64,000 bases of DNA, taken from Obrimoposthia wandeli (lineage: Eukaryota). This document shows, in pieces, positions 28,125-42,093 of this stretch (positions are counted from its first letter, which is position 1; each line of letters opens with the position of its first letter). Under the pieces are notes generated by a model. It worked only from the letters and a program-made list of their open reading frames with translations. It was not told the DNA's origin and did not search any database. The position numbers were made by a program, and so were the translations under genes. The stretch covers positions 1 to 64,000 of the forward strand of contig CDROCS010000742.1 in assembly GCA_977020255.1 (NCBI GenBank), in the 5' to 3' direction.

Positions 28125-29409
28125 AATCGAATACACAACAAATCGAGTTGCCAATTCAAGAAACTTTATCTACACATTCTAGGTTAAGTCGAAGAAATTT
28201 AAGAGAGTTGCGTTATAGATTAACCAACCTAGGAAGAAGAATAACTCTAAAATCTCGATCACCCCGAACGTAAAATCGATACGTGGTTCATCCCCACTTG
28301 TTGTAGAGACTTACAGAAGTCTTAGGAATTTTACCATACTTTTTAGAAATACGTACATAAACGTATTGTTGTGTTTAGTTTCGTGAATTACAAATAAACA
28401 ATTTCCTACATTAGAACAAGTTGTTTTTGCACCCTTCAGAATAAGAGACATCAAATTAAATACCTTCAGATAGTACAAGAGATAGGCAACCATAACACTA
28501 AGTAGGCCACGACCAACTTTAAGACCTGCTTCTATTCGAACTCACGTTGGGGCCCTCCGCATTTCAGAGGATCTGTACCAAGTTTCGTATAGAAACCCCA
28601 ACAAATGTATCTTTAAATTTCTGAACTCGAAGAACCCAATATCTAAAAGTATTCCAAACAGCAGTGACAAGAACAAATCAAATGGAGTTTGGAGATGTAA
28701 CACTTTCACGGCTCAAAAATCTTTACCTCTCTAGTTAGTACTCTTGCAACAATGAAGGCCAGGCGCATAAAGATGGACTCAACTCAAACGTGAAGTACAG
28801 CAATGATCCACTAGTGTTTGAAGTCATGCAACATGTCATCACAATGGAAGCGCATCGGAAAAGACGAATGTAGGTCAAATTTCTCCCGAGTACAAATGAT
28901 ATTTCAAGGTCATTTGAAGGTCATTATATAATATAGTACGTCTATTTTAGCTTATTTTTGTTTAAATGCATCAATTTTGGTGGGCGCCTATTCAAATTTT
29001 GGTCGGTTTAGGTTGATTTCAGTCGATTTCTAAAGATCATTTTCAAGTAAAATTATAATTTTTAAAAAATTACATATGACCTTTTAAAGCCAAGGTCATG
29101 ACTTACTTTTTTTAAAAGTTAATTTGTTTTAATACATCAATTTTAATGCACACAAATTCAAAATACAAGAATTTTGCGCGCAAAAACATATGATCTGAGT
29201 TTTTTTTGTAAAACTTATTTAAAGAAATTTCAACTACTTTTATTTGTGAGTAGAAAAGGTTTTATAAATTGTTAAACTGAAATAAAAAATTTCTAAAATT
29301 TATTTTGTATAATTGTATAAACTTTTATTTGTGAGTAGAAAAGGTTTGTTGAAATCTTTCAGTATTTATCACACATATTTTTTGCAAAAAGTTACAATAT
29401 CATATAATT

Positions 29410-31731
29410 CAGTGATTCCCAAGGTGGGGCGTAAGCCCCACCGGTGGGGCCTGGAGAAAATTTGGTGGGCTGGGAGATTTTTTAGTTCATTACCAAATAT
29501 TTTTTTTCTTACTTATTTGAACAGGTACAAAGGAATTTAAAAAAATTAAATTGATTTGTTTTTCTCTTTCATGGTATTATTTTTCCATGTATAATTTATT
29601 AAATTTATAATTATAGTAGTTATGGTATAATCATTATAATAATTGATTTGTCTTTCTCTTTCATGGTATTATTTTTCTATGTATAATTTATTAAATTTAT
29701 AATTATAGTTATGATATATTATATAATATACATATTATAATAATTGATTTTTCTTTCTCTTTTCCTTTTCATAGATTTGTGACCCCAGTTTAAAATGAGC
29801 AAACCAAACAAGATCAAGGTTCGTCAGTATTCAGTGGAATTTTTGAAGTTTGGGTTTATTCCCGCAGAGCATGATAAGCGCGCGCCATTTTGCTTATTGT
29901 GTCATCAAACGTTGAGCAATGAGTCAATGAAGGCTGGAAGACTGGAAGCCCACTTAAGGGTAAAGCATCCTAATAACTCCAATTCAGATTTGGAATATTT
30001 TAATTCACTGAAACAAAAGTTTAATACGTCGATCAAAAAGAAATTACTACACTATTTGTTGCACAAATGCATCCCACAATCGTACCCTTGAAGCCAGCAA
30101 CGAAATCTCTCTGCTTATAGCAAAGCATGGAAAGAATCACACTATTGGCGAGGAACTGATTAAACCAGCTATCTCAGTAGTTATGAAACTGTGCTACAAA
30201 AGGATGATAAAGATGTCAGTGCTATGCCACTCAGTAATAATACTGTCTCCAACAGAATAGATGACATGGCAAAAAATGTTGAAGAACAGCTTATTGAGAC
30301 ATTGAAATCACGGAAATTCTCATTACAAATGGATGAATCCACATTCCGGGACAGTGAGGCTCTGTTATTGACATATGTGAGGTATATTGACCATGAGAAG
30401 TTTCAAGAAGAGATGCTGTTCTGCGAATCATAACGGTCGAAACAACCGTAACTGCAGTTGACATCTACAGCAAACTCAAAAATTATTTGGATTCAAACAA
30501 ATACCAATACAAAACATAGTGTCATGTGCAGCAGACGGTGCACCTGCTATGATGGGCAAGAAAAGGGATGCTTGAAATTGTTGAAGAATGAAAATCCAAA
30601 CATGTTGACTGTGCATTGTGTCATACACCGAGAAAACTTGGTTGCCAAAAAACTTTCTCCTGTGCTTAACGAGATTCTGCAATCTGTGATCAAGTGTGTC
30701 AATAGCATTAAAGCAAATGCCAAATGTGAACGTCTCTTTAGGCAGTTCTGCATGGATAAAAGTGCAGAACATGTCCGATTATTACTTCATACAGAAGTAA
30801 GATTGCGTTCAAAGGGAAACTGCTTAAAGATTTTCATGGAATTATTTGATGAGCTTAACGATTTTTTGAGTGACAAAATTGAATTTAAATTCCTATCAAC
30901 AAGAGACGGAAAAGCATATGTCAGTTATTTGGCAGACATCTTCGAGAAACTAGGCAACTTGAATAAGCAACTCCAAGGTGCATATATAGCTCTTGTTGAT
31001 GCAAAAACAAAGGTTTTTGGATTCATTACAGTCCTCGAATTATGCCAAAAAAATGTTTTTGAAAGAAATTTGAGTCAATTCTACTGGTTGAATAAATGTG
31101 ATATAACGAATACGGTTACTATGGTAATTGTTGATCATTTGAAAATGTTGATAAAGGATTTCAATGACAGATTTGGTGATTTAAAGGCAATGAATTTTCC
31201 CTCTTGGTTAACTCAACCATTGTTGGTAGACGTTTCTGATGCAGCAGTTCAATACCAGGAAGAGTTATCGGAATTGAAACATGATGAATCAGTGATTACT
31301 TTGTTCAAATTAAAAGGTACTAATATGTGGCTATGTGACGAGGTTGTAAAGAAATACCCTAACATCACTACATTAGCGAGAGAACTTTTGATTCATTTTC
31401 CCTCATCTTATTTGGCTGAATGTGGCTTCAGTGCTGTTGCCGATTTGCTCCATGCCAAGAGAAATCGACTTGAAATTACAAAACGTGGTGATTTACGGCT
31501 GAAGCTAACAAAATTGTCTCCTCGAATCAAGGATATCTGTCGTATGCGCCAGGCACAGGGTTCTCACTAAATGACTCGATTAAAGTAAATGTTTCGCTTA
31601 TTATTAATAAATTACCATTTATTTTGAAATTTTCATTTTGATTATGTTTATTTGTACATGTATGTTGGTGGGGCGCGAGATTTTTGATATGAAAAAAGTG
31701 TGGCATGGGTTAAAAAGGTTGGGAAACACTG
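29410..31731 (+). mobile_element. hAT DNA transposon, Buster/Charlie type (2322 bp)
   Basis: TIRs CAGTGATTCCCAA / TTGGGAAACACTG and a perfect 8-bp TSD ATATAATT, which has the central TA typical of Buster elements. Confidence 0.97.
29795..31570 (+). pseudogene. Frameshifted Buster/Charlie (ZBED5/SCAND3-like) transposase
   Basis: BED finger (CLLCHQTLSNESMKAGRLEAHLRVKH), LQMDEST, HCVIHRENL and FPSSYLAECGFS motifs, split over three ORFs. Confidence 0.93.
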
Positions 31732-32699
31732 ATATAATTTAATTTAAAACTATGGTCAATAACATGAAGTCTCAAACTGTGATCAATTAGAAAAAGTTTA
31801 TTGATTTTAAAACTACGATCAATTAGAATAGATTTATAAAACTATGGTCATTTAGAAGAGTTTATGTGTGGCATATGTTGATTAGCAGCATGGATGATGT
31901 ATAGAGAAATGAATTAATGCAACGTATATGGTATTTGTTATATTAAGTGGTTTGGAAGACAAATTAACTAGATGTTCAGGTAATTTAGGATAAATTAGGT
32001 GATTTTAAAATATAATTTTAAGCATAAGTGGTCTTAGAAGAAATATTACTTGGTATTTAGAAAATTTAAGGGGGTTTTAAAGAGATTTCATAAGAGAAAA
32101 TATACCCTAAAAGGGGTTTAGAGGAGGGTATAACATGTTTCTTGGTTTCAGAATAGGAAATTAAAGGGTTTTAGAATCGAAATTAAAGCATAAATATGAA
32201 CAATTTAGATGAGTTTAGAAAGAAAAATGATATAGAAGACAAATTTATGATTCAGAAGAGATATTACCTAGATGGCTATAGAAGATAATTTTATAACATT
32301 TAGGTGGTTAAGAAGTAATTTCAGGAAATGTATGATATTTAGAAGATATGGGAAACATAAATTAACAAGGTGTTCAGGAAATTTGGGATATTTAAGTGAT
32401 TATGAAGATAATTTAAGGTTTAAGTATAGACGATTAGCTAATTTTCTTCTTATTAAACCTCTCAATCAGCACGTTATTTTTTCTCCTTAAACCTCTCAAT
32501 CACCACGAAATTATCATCTTCATCACAACTTTATCATTTTATCATTTGCATTTCATTACATTACTTTACCAACTTCCACTAATACAAAGCGTGTGTATAT
32601 TTATTGACTCCTACCGTATCATTTTTAACGTTTTACTACTCATCATCACTGTCACAACATAAAATTTTCCCTATCGAAATTTCATCACATAAAATTCCA

Positions 32700-35050
32700 A
32701 AATGACACACAACAAAACACCAGAATTTTTCCCAGAAGAAAACCACAGTCCTAATAAATGGTTGTCCCTCACCGAAACCATCATAAATATGTCAGGGACT
32801 CACAACACGAAACACATCACACACAAAATCATCTCATTGCTACCCACTGATACACTCAATGACGTAGCACATGATCTCACCGACATTCACAAACCCACCT
32901 CATCTTTAGATAACATTAAACATAATTTAAACAAATATTACACTATAAATAAAAACGATTTATTTGAAGATCTATTCAACTCACTCATCACTCCCACAAA
33001 AAAACCAGCCATCTCTTAAACACATTAAAGACAAAATTGGAACACATTCAACCCAATATCATACATGATACACACAACTAACTACTCCAAGAAGTCGTTT
33101 TCCGACAACTCCCACCAAACACAAAAAATACTAACAACGTTGTAAAACAAATGCTTAGAAGAACTGGCCGCAATCGCAGACCAACTACATGCATACAACC
33201 AACCCACCTCACAAAAAACATTACGCATACAAAGTAACCCAACAAACAAAGACGAGTCAGAAATAGACAATATAAAATTGATCATACACCAACAGAACCA
33301 AATATTAACATCATTAACAGAAAAGATCAACAAACTTACAACGACCAATACACAAAACACCACCAACAGATACAGATTACCATCACCATATTACAACAAC
33401 AAACAACAATACACTAATAACAGATACAGATCACCCTCACCACCCAATAACAATAAGCAACCCAATCCAAACTACTGCTATTACCACAATACATACGGCA
33501 CCAAAGCCACCAAATGCGCCACACTTTGCACATACCTAAAAACGACTAAAATCAACAGTAAGCACACCAATTACTGTGGATTGCTCCAACATATTCACGG
33601 TGCATTCAAAAATGAACAACATACATTTCCTCATAGAAACTGGCTCTTCAGTATATATAATCCCATAAACCACAACGCCAACACCCAGACAGAACACACC
33701 ACCTACCGCACTCATAGCAGCGAACCACACACCAATTAAAACTTTCAGTACGACAAACTTAACAATAACTTTAGACAACATCCCCTCCAAATGGGATTTT
33801 GTCATAGCCGACATAATACAACCAATCATCAGAGCTGACTTTCTAGCCAATTCCAATATAATCATCGACTGCAAAAAAACACTAATACGAAACAAACACC
33901 AACACACACAAACCCCCACACCCACACAACAAACTGGACAACTTTAACCCAAAACGCATTAGGCACAATATACACAAAAACAGACGCGACCAAAACACTA
34001 CAATCAACTATACCACCCAAAAAACAAAACAAATTCACTCACAAAATCGTTACAAATGGACGACCATGCCACGCCAAAGTAAAGCAACTTCCACCAGATA
34101 AACTAGCAGCTGCAAAACAAACATACACTGAGTTAGAAATAGAAGGCATCATACAAAATCCAACTAACCTTGGTCATCAGCTCTCATGATATAACAAAAT
34201 AAGACCACACATAGAGATGCTGTGGAGACTACAGAACGTTAAATGTTATGACGATACCAGACTCTTATCCACTTCCACTCATAAGAGACAATACCACACG
34301 ACTAATTCACGCAACAGTAAAATAGATCTCACATCAGCATATCACAACATCCCTATGCACACAGAGGACATCAACAAAACAGCAATAATCACACCATTTG
34401 GACTCTAAAAAAATACATCAAGATGCAATTCGGTCTAAAAAATTCCGCCGCCACGTTCTAAAGTTTCATGGATCACATATTCACAAACACATACAACATT
34501 CTAACATACACAGACGACATCCTAATAGGAAGCAACAACCACGCCGATCACATCAAAGACATACAAAAAGTAAAAGACATACTACAAAAACACAACCTCG
34601 AGATAAATACCAAAAAATTCCTTTATCACCAAGCACAAATAGAGTTCTAAGGACATACCATATCACATAACCAAATCAAACCTCTACCAAACAAGAAAAA
34701 GTAGATCAACAACATGCGAATACCAACCACGATCAAAGAAATCAGAAGTTTCCTAGAAATGGTGTATTTTTACCACATACACATACCAAACTTCGCAGGA
34801 ACACTAGCCCCTCTAAACGACCTAATCAAAAACACGCACAAACAAGCAAAAATCACACTAACCGACATACCACGCATATACAACAAACACGACACACAAA
34901 CAAACACACAAATGAAACCAAAGCCAACACTCATCAATAACAGAAATTTGAAAATCACCCACCCAAACAAAACACAAAACCATATCACAAACACAAGACA
35001 ATCAAATTCCCCACCGAAACACGTCCGACAAACACCACTCATTCCATAAC
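32700..35050 (+). mobile_element. Degenerate Ty3/gypsy remnant (gag, protease, RT, start of connection domain), strongly G-depleted
   Basis: RSPSP...YCYYHNTYGTKATKC gag motif, FLIETG protease-like motif, KIDLTSAYHNIPM...KTAIITPFGL, YTDD, FLEMVYFY...IPNF. Many stops and frameshifts. Confidence 0.88.
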
Positions 35051-35429
35051 TCTGTTATCTTATGGGGAAGTTATGTTTTGACACTATCCTTTCTCTCCGC
35101 CTCATTACCTTGTGTTTTTATGGGGGTTTTGTATTCTTATTTTGAATGGTAGTTAAAAACTAATTGAAAATTGATTTAGTTATTTCAATAAATCATTATA
35201 CTTATTCTCTCATTCGGCTCTCTAAATCGTTCTTGATACCCTCTACTATTCAATAACAATAATTGATTTTGTTTTAAATAATTAATTTTTAAAATAAACA
35301 AAAATAAAATTCGATAAATACAATATGGTGAGTAATTTTTGTGATGTTTTAACTTTTAGACAACTAATGATTGGATTTCAAATTCCAGGTAAGTTTGTAA
35401 TAATTGTTTTTGTAAATAATTATTATTTA

Positions 35430-36370
35430 GATGAGGATGATAAAGAAGATGAAGGATTGTGATAATGAAAAAGATAGAATTGTGATAATGAAGATGATGA
35501 AAGATGATGAGATAAAGGATTATGAAAATGATGAAGATCAGATGATGGATTATGATGAGGATGAAGGATTATGATAATGATATTATAAAGACATGATGAT
35601 TATGAAGAATAATGNNNNNNNNNNNNNNNNNNNNNNNNNNNNNNNNNNNNNNNNNNNNNNNNNNNNNNNNNNNNNNNNNNNNNNNNNNNNNNNNNNNNNN
35701 NNNNNNNNNNNNNNNNNNNNNNNNNNNNNNNNNNNNNNNNNNNNNNNNNNNNNNNNNNNNNNNNNNNNNNNNNNNNNNNNNNNNNNNNNNNNNNNNNNNN
35801 NNNNNNNNNNNNNNNNNNNNNNNNNNNNNNNNNNNNNNNNNNNNNNNNNNNNNNNNNNNNNNNNNNNNNNNNNNNNNNNNNNNNNNNNNNNNNNNNNNNN
35901 NNNNNNNNNNNNNNNNNNNNNNNNNNNNNNNNNNNNNNNNNNNNNNNNNNNNNNNNNNNNNNNNNNNNNNNNNNNNNNNNNNNNNNNNNNNNNNNNNNNN
36001 NAAGATAAGATGAAAAATGACGAAAAGGATGATATTATGATCTAGGATGATGAAAAGGATGATATTATGATAAAGATGATGATGAAAAACAGATGATGGA
36101 TTATTATGAAGATGAAGGATAATGAAAATGATGAAGATCAGATTATGAATTATGAGGAGGACAGGATGATGATGAATGATTCTGATGATGATATTATAAA
36201 TACATTATGATTATGAAGGATAATGATCATGAAGGATGATTTTATGATGTTATTATGAAGGATTGTGAAGATGATGAAGGATTATGAAGAGGTGATGAAG
36301 GAATGCGATAATGAAGATGATGAGATGAAGGATGATGAAAAGGATGATATTATGATGAGGATGAGGATTA
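35430..36370. repeat. GAT/GAA-rich low-complexity repeat spanning an assembly gap (N at 35615-36001)
   Basis: Degenerate (GAT)n/(GAA)n on both sides of 387 Ns. Confidence 0.93.
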
Positions 36371-37980
36371 TGAAAGTATATTTAATAATAATATTAGTTT
36401 TATTCTTTACTATCTCTCTTTGTCTCTCAATATTTGTTTTAATTAACTCATGTTTTTTTAAAATATAATGTAAGAATATCTTTTCAAACTTGTATTAGTA
36501 ATATCATAGATAACCCTTCAATTTGATTGCTATCCTCGATGATGCTAATCAACATATGCCTCACATAAACTCTTCTAATTGACCATAGTTTTAAAATCAA
36601 TAAACCTTTTTTAATTGATCACAGTTTGAAACTTCATGAATATCTTTTGAAAATGACTTTTGAAAATAGTAGGTCATTAAACGTCATATGTTATTTTTTT
36701 AAAAATATAGCTTTAATTGAGAATGACCTTTAGAAATCGACTGAAATCAACCTAAATCGACCAAAATTTGAATATACACCCACCAAAATTCATTCATTTA
36801 AACAAATATGAGCTGAAAATAGACGTAATATAGCACATTATGACTTTCAAAGGACCTTGACCTTGAAATATTATGTTTACTCTGGATAAATTTGACCTAC
36901 ATTCGTTTTTCCCTATGCGATTTGAGCATCAGGGAGAGCTATTACCTAGAGTCGAAGTCACCACATCCCTCTACTGACCATGATCGTCTTTAGACATTTT
37001 CAGATGCTGCTTGAACGTGTGAAAGGAGCTCGTGAACAGGACCCTGTACTTGCGAGGAAAAATTTGGGGACATGTTAAAGACCAGTAAATCTTGTAACTA
37101 TTCTGACGTAGAACAGACATTGATCTCAGACTGACCTGGATTTGTGTCTGATCTATGTTTGACTGGAATGGGGGTGTTTTAAGGATCAGAAAGTTGTATT
37201 TTTCATCACACGGTATTATTTCGTATTGGGGTCGGTCCAGTTTTTCTATTGTTTACTAAAGCACACTTTACACTACTATATATGAGGTTTTTCTAGCTGG
37301 GAGACACCCGAATTTGATGTACCTAATTGGATAACCAAATTTTGTATGTTATTAAATTGAAATAATGTTCTGCAAATTTTCGGGCTTTTTTGTTGTTAGT
37401 GAACAAAAATAAAATTTAAATTCTACTAGAGAAATCGAATTTTGGATATTTTTAAATTGAGTTAATGTTTTAAGAAATTTTTTGATATTATCAACTGAAT
37501 TTATTTTAAAAATATTAAAAAAAATTATTTTTATTTGTTTATTTTTCTTTATTAAGGTTTATTACAATATTTTTAATTTCAAGTTTATTTAAATTTTATT
37601 TGAAAAACAATAATTTTAAAAAAATTACTGATATTCATATTACTCTCATATATAATTTGATTGTGTCATGAACTTGCGTGAGGTAATTTGTACTGCTTTA
37701 ATAAACATCAATCATTGCACCTATTCAAGATTTGTCTTTAGAAATGGATTATGACCTACGGTGAACTACCCTCGTTATCCTGTATGCAGAAGACAATTCA
37801 CCAAATACATCATAATCGAATGAACCCAACATGTACAAGTGGAATTTTTTTGGAGGAACTTGGGAGTGTTGGTGTTTCTTTTGTGTAGCAGAACGACAAG
37901 ACTCAGTCACTTTTATGTAAATATCACTCAACAACCCACCTCTGACAGAGTTCACACTCAACATCACTTCACCCACAACA

Positions 37981-38247
37981 ATGCATGGAGAATGTCCAAT
38001 CTGCTACGAGTCAATCAGAAATTGGCAAACAAAGCCCAATAACTGCGGTCACACTTTCCACATCAACTATCTCGAGGCCTGGATGCCAATCGTCAACAAA
38101 GCCAACCCCCAACTTCCCATCCAGTTCCCATCGTTCACGGCTGAAGGACATCTGCAACTGTTGGTGTTCCTTCTGCGTCGACGAGCAAAGAGAAGACCAG
38201 CCTTAAATCCAACAATAACCAAAAGTAACTTTTTGACAAAAACGTGA
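37981..38247 (+). pseudogene. RING-H2 finger remnant 1
   Basis: CPICYESIRNWQTKPNNCGHTFHINYLEAW, then degenerate or frameshifted. Confidence 0.7.
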
Positions 38248-38559
38248 CATTATGAACTAACCCTGTGTATCGGACACCTCGATAAAATATCTACCGAAAA
38301 CTATATCTTGTAACCTAAATCTGGTAAAATTGTAAACTACTCTCGACATTTTTATGTATGTTGTATATTTGGAACTGTAATTTATATAATTGAAAAACCA
38401 CAAAGACCATTTTATATCTGATAAGTGATAGTCATCCAAATAGTGCCAAAATTCGGTTAAATAACTTTGGAAGAGGATAAAAATTCAGATTAGGATTTAA
38501 ATTAATACACTCCGAAATAAACATAAACCCTGATCAATAAATATTACCAAACAGATTTC

Positions 38560-38770
38560 CTGGTCTATCTGCTTGATACGTATCCTACACCTGACAGTGG
38601 TTCCACAGAGTTGTACCAACCGGTTTTACGAGGCCTGTCTTTATACCTGGGCGAGATCCAGGCCACACGTCAAACTGACTTGCCCAATGTGTCGGAGTTC
38701 CTTCCAATATTGGAGTGTATCCCTACGAGGCCGAATAGTATCAAGAGATTCTCCGGCAGACTGTATTAGT
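38560..38770 (+). pseudogene. RING finger remnant 2
   Basis: (W)SICL...VVPQSCTNRFYEACLYTW...TCPMCRSSF; several zinc ligands are substituted. Confidence 0.65.
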
Positions 38771-39173
38771 GGATACCAATTCCAGTGCCTCGTATGCCCA
38801 CAACGCCGAAAAACAGACGACTGCAGGCACGAGAGAGGTGGCGGTCTTCATGAGATTGTGGCCTCACGCCATTCAGGATCACCCCCGATACCCCATCACC
38901 AACGACTGAGTGATGGCCTTCCGATGCCATCCTGGAGCACCTACTCCCCGGCATACCTTACGCTACCGGTAGATTAAGAAGCGCAATATTTGGAGAACAT
39001 GACAGCGCAAAATGACACAGAGACAATTGACTTACCATGATTTCTGTCTTTTATCCTTAGCACCATCCTTTTTTCCTGTACATTTTAATGTGTAAAAATA
39101 ATATAAGTGTTTTAAAACTGATACAATCAAAATTTTTCATCATTTAAGATGGATTATGTAAAATATTTACAGT

Positions 39174-39967
39174 TGTAACGTAGATTAGGTTGTATGTTGA
39201 ATAAGTGGGATGACACTTAAAATCTTTACAGTTCTTGGACGAAACAGTTTAAAAACCCCAAAGGTATGTTATATTAAGAAAGTAATTAAATAAAATGTAT
39301 CTTTATAGAAAACTTTAGAAAACAATGTCGAAATTAAAATTAAATAAATAAGTTTTAAAATAAATAAATTAAGTATGCATATTGAGTAATTTTGGACCTT
39401 GAAGGGGTCATTGAAATGTGTATAAAACAAAGGTAAATATGTGAATAAAGGCCGAGAAAATTAGAATTGTGAAAAATACAGAAAAATATCAAAATTTGAA
39501 AATCTATAATTAGATCGTTATGGAGAAGTACGGTCTATCGCATTCCGGAGACAACCAAGTAACCTATATAATTGTAACCATAAACTGTGTACTCAGCGGA
39601 TTGTTAAGCCCTGTTATTATTAGATGAGGAGCATCGTTAGCGTCGCTTGGCTCCGGCTCTGTTTCATGGTTTTTTGGTATAGGTTTTATAACCAGACCTT
39701 TTTATAATTAAAAACTTCAAACCAGCCCAACTGGCTAACCACCTAAGCATACACTACACCACATAAGTTTTAGTTTTTTTTCAGTTATCTTGAACACAAT
39801 TCTTTGCTCACAGCATCAAACAAAAACAACATTCAACAACTTCAAATTTGAAACTAGAACTAAGTAAAGTAAGAATTGGTAAGCCACATCCATCTGTAAG
39901 CTCTATCGCTACAGAACTCCCGTTGGGGACCTCCGTACGAGGATCTATTTTATTAGAAACCCCAACA
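39174..39967. mobile_element. Solo LTR B (start approximate)
   Basis: GGACCTTGAAGGGGTC motif and 3' GTTGGGG...CCCCAACA fold shared with A and C. TSD not found. Confidence 0.7.
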
Positions 39968-41549
39968 CCTTTACACCCACATCGACAACATTTAACTTCA
40001 CGTTTACTATATAGGGCTTAAACATCCAAGTGCCATATTCGGGCTTTATTTATAAAGTACCATACTTTATGAATGAGTTTACCCTTTAGGATAATCCGGC
40101 TAATGTTTGTATCAGATGTAGTATTTCCATAAATCACAGATCTTGGTTTATTATTAATTCTTACATGCTCAGTCCTAGCAATTGCGATCTGGTTGTGGAG
40201 ATTGGCACTAATTCCTTTGTTATCGTTGCTTGTGAGTACGTTATTATCATTACCCTTCTTAATACAAGTTACTACTTCATCATTTTCATAATCTGTAGCC
40301 CCCTAGAGATTATAATCTCGAGATTCAACTCATTCTTGATTTTATTGTGAGTCTCAGTATATCTTGCCCACTCAATTCTGTCTATTGCCTGAATGACTTT
40401 TTCATTTATGGCTTGAGCCCGACTACTCCAAAAGTCTCTGCATTCCGGGATTTGATTACTTACTAAGGATAGTATTTCAATTCTAACGGCTTATTTTAAT
40501 CCTCCACAGTATGCATTAGTCATTTTAAAGACTTGGATTATGGCCTCTATGTTATTCTCATCCGTGATACTTGAGATACCGAATCCTCCATGATCTTTGT
40601 GACCATGCAAGGTTCCAAGAGGGGTATTTTTAGGCAGTCCTGCAAATTCTTCGGAGTTGTTTCCTCACTTGCCGTTCCTAAGCCTATTTTGTTACTCTAT
40701 TAGAACATCTATGATTGGTGAATTTGTCGTAGAAGATGTTGTTTTGTCTGAAACTGAATACAAACGTGGAGTGTATAAAGCTTTTGTACGCCGAGATTTT
40801 CTGGTGAGGGTACAATCTACTGTTCATGATCTTCATAGTCATGTCAAAATTTCCCTCAAATAAATCCTGCATTTGTGTTTTGTATCTGCATTCCTGTTCA
40901 TACCAAGGTACATGTAGGCATTTTCCTTAGTTACCGAAGGTATAGGGTCTCCATCGAGTAAAATCTCTTGATTTATTTCTTTACATCTCTATTATTGCTG
41001 CCCCTGAAGGGAATTCTGAGTATTACACATTTGCTAGGTCTGAATCTCAATTGGCTCTTGACTGCAGTTTCCTCCATAGTCTTCAGTACGGATTTGTCTT
41101 CAACGAGCAAGGCAAGATCATCCGAATATGCGAGTGTACCAAATTATGTAGAACCAAGTTTGAACATAGCGTTGGGTACCTTATTCACAGTCTCAATGAC
41201 AGGATAAATACAGAAATTAAATATCATCATGGATAACCTTAGCGTGGACATCCTTATAGGTATATCTTTAATTTTAATTTCTCCACATTGTATGTCGGTT
41301 TTATTCTCATCGTAGATACTGTGTACAAGTTTACATATCTTCTCAGAAATGTTAACTTTCAATATCATTCCCACTATGAAGTTTATGGGCACTGACCCAA
41401 AGGCATCAGCAATATCCAGAAAAGTGACATGACATGATCTTCTGTTTCTGTGACAACCATTATTGACGAGATTGAGAACCACGTTGTGCTCAAAACAGCC
41501 CTCAAAACTAATTCTATCTCCATGATCAGCTACTCTTTATTGATATAAT
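39968..41549 (-). mobile_element. R2/NeSL-like (RLE clade) non-LTR retrotransposon fragment
   Basis: EGCFEHNVVL...FLDIADAFGSVP, SRLYPHQKISAYKSFI and GLPKNTPLGTLHGHKDHGGFGI motifs. Stops and frameshifts present. Confidence 0.85.
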
Positions 41550-42093
41550 TGTTACTATGTAAACGATTTTATAGGTGTATTTGCACCTATTTACTGAATA
41601 ACTATTACTATTTGCTAACTAGAGAAGTTGAAATTTGAGTGAAAAAACATACTAATATGCATTATTTTAATGATTGTATTTTTGTTTTTACAAGTATTTA
41701 CTTAATTTGACTAATGTGGAAGGTTTATCGTGTGTGGTCTCAAATCTCAAGGTATTTTTGTCCTAATGTAAATCTTAAACTAGTAGACCAATTGAAATTA
41801 TGTTTAGCCAGCGGATAGGTGTTTCAATAAATTTTTATATATTTATTCATAAAAATTTGTTTAAATGACACAAAACAGGTTAATTTATTAAATGGTAACA
41901 GTTATGTTTTCTATCGTAGACATAATTCAAGACTTAGATTTCACAACACAATTTATATTCTGATTATTAAATATCAGTTTCTTAAACAAATTAATGAAAG
42001 TAAGATTTCAAGACTTAGATTTCACAACACAATTTATATTCTGATTATTAAATATCAGTTTCTTAAATAAATAAATTCCGGTTTCTGATTACA
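41550..42093 (-). mobile_element. 3' LTR of the 41.5-52.1 kb Ty3/gypsy element
   Basis: Minus strand PPT GAAGGGGAAAG, then TGTAATC...GTAACA; contains a ~77-bp internal duplication. The distal end is inferred. Confidence 0.7.

Larger units (their letters stand above)
26646..28603. mobile_element. Solo LTR A (1958 bp)
   Basis: TGTTAGG...CCCCAACA ends and 4-bp TSD AATG (26642-45 / 28604-07). Shares 5' motifs and the 3' fold with LTRs B and C. Confidence 0.88.
28853..36917. mobile_element. Possible long-TIR DNA element of undetermined superfamily, with nested insertions
   Basis: 28853-29090 is the reverse complement of ~36670-36917, and 31760-31890 of ~36530-36640. The ends are CAT...ATG, flanked by CG on both sides. 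Confidence 0.5.

Noticed and set aside
35053-35258. Short solo LTR (TGTTAT...ATAACA)
   Set aside because: No TSD (ACTC versus ATAA) and no second copy in the window.
35593-36468. ORFs spanning or next to the N gap
   Set aside because: Artefacts of Ns and GAT repeats.
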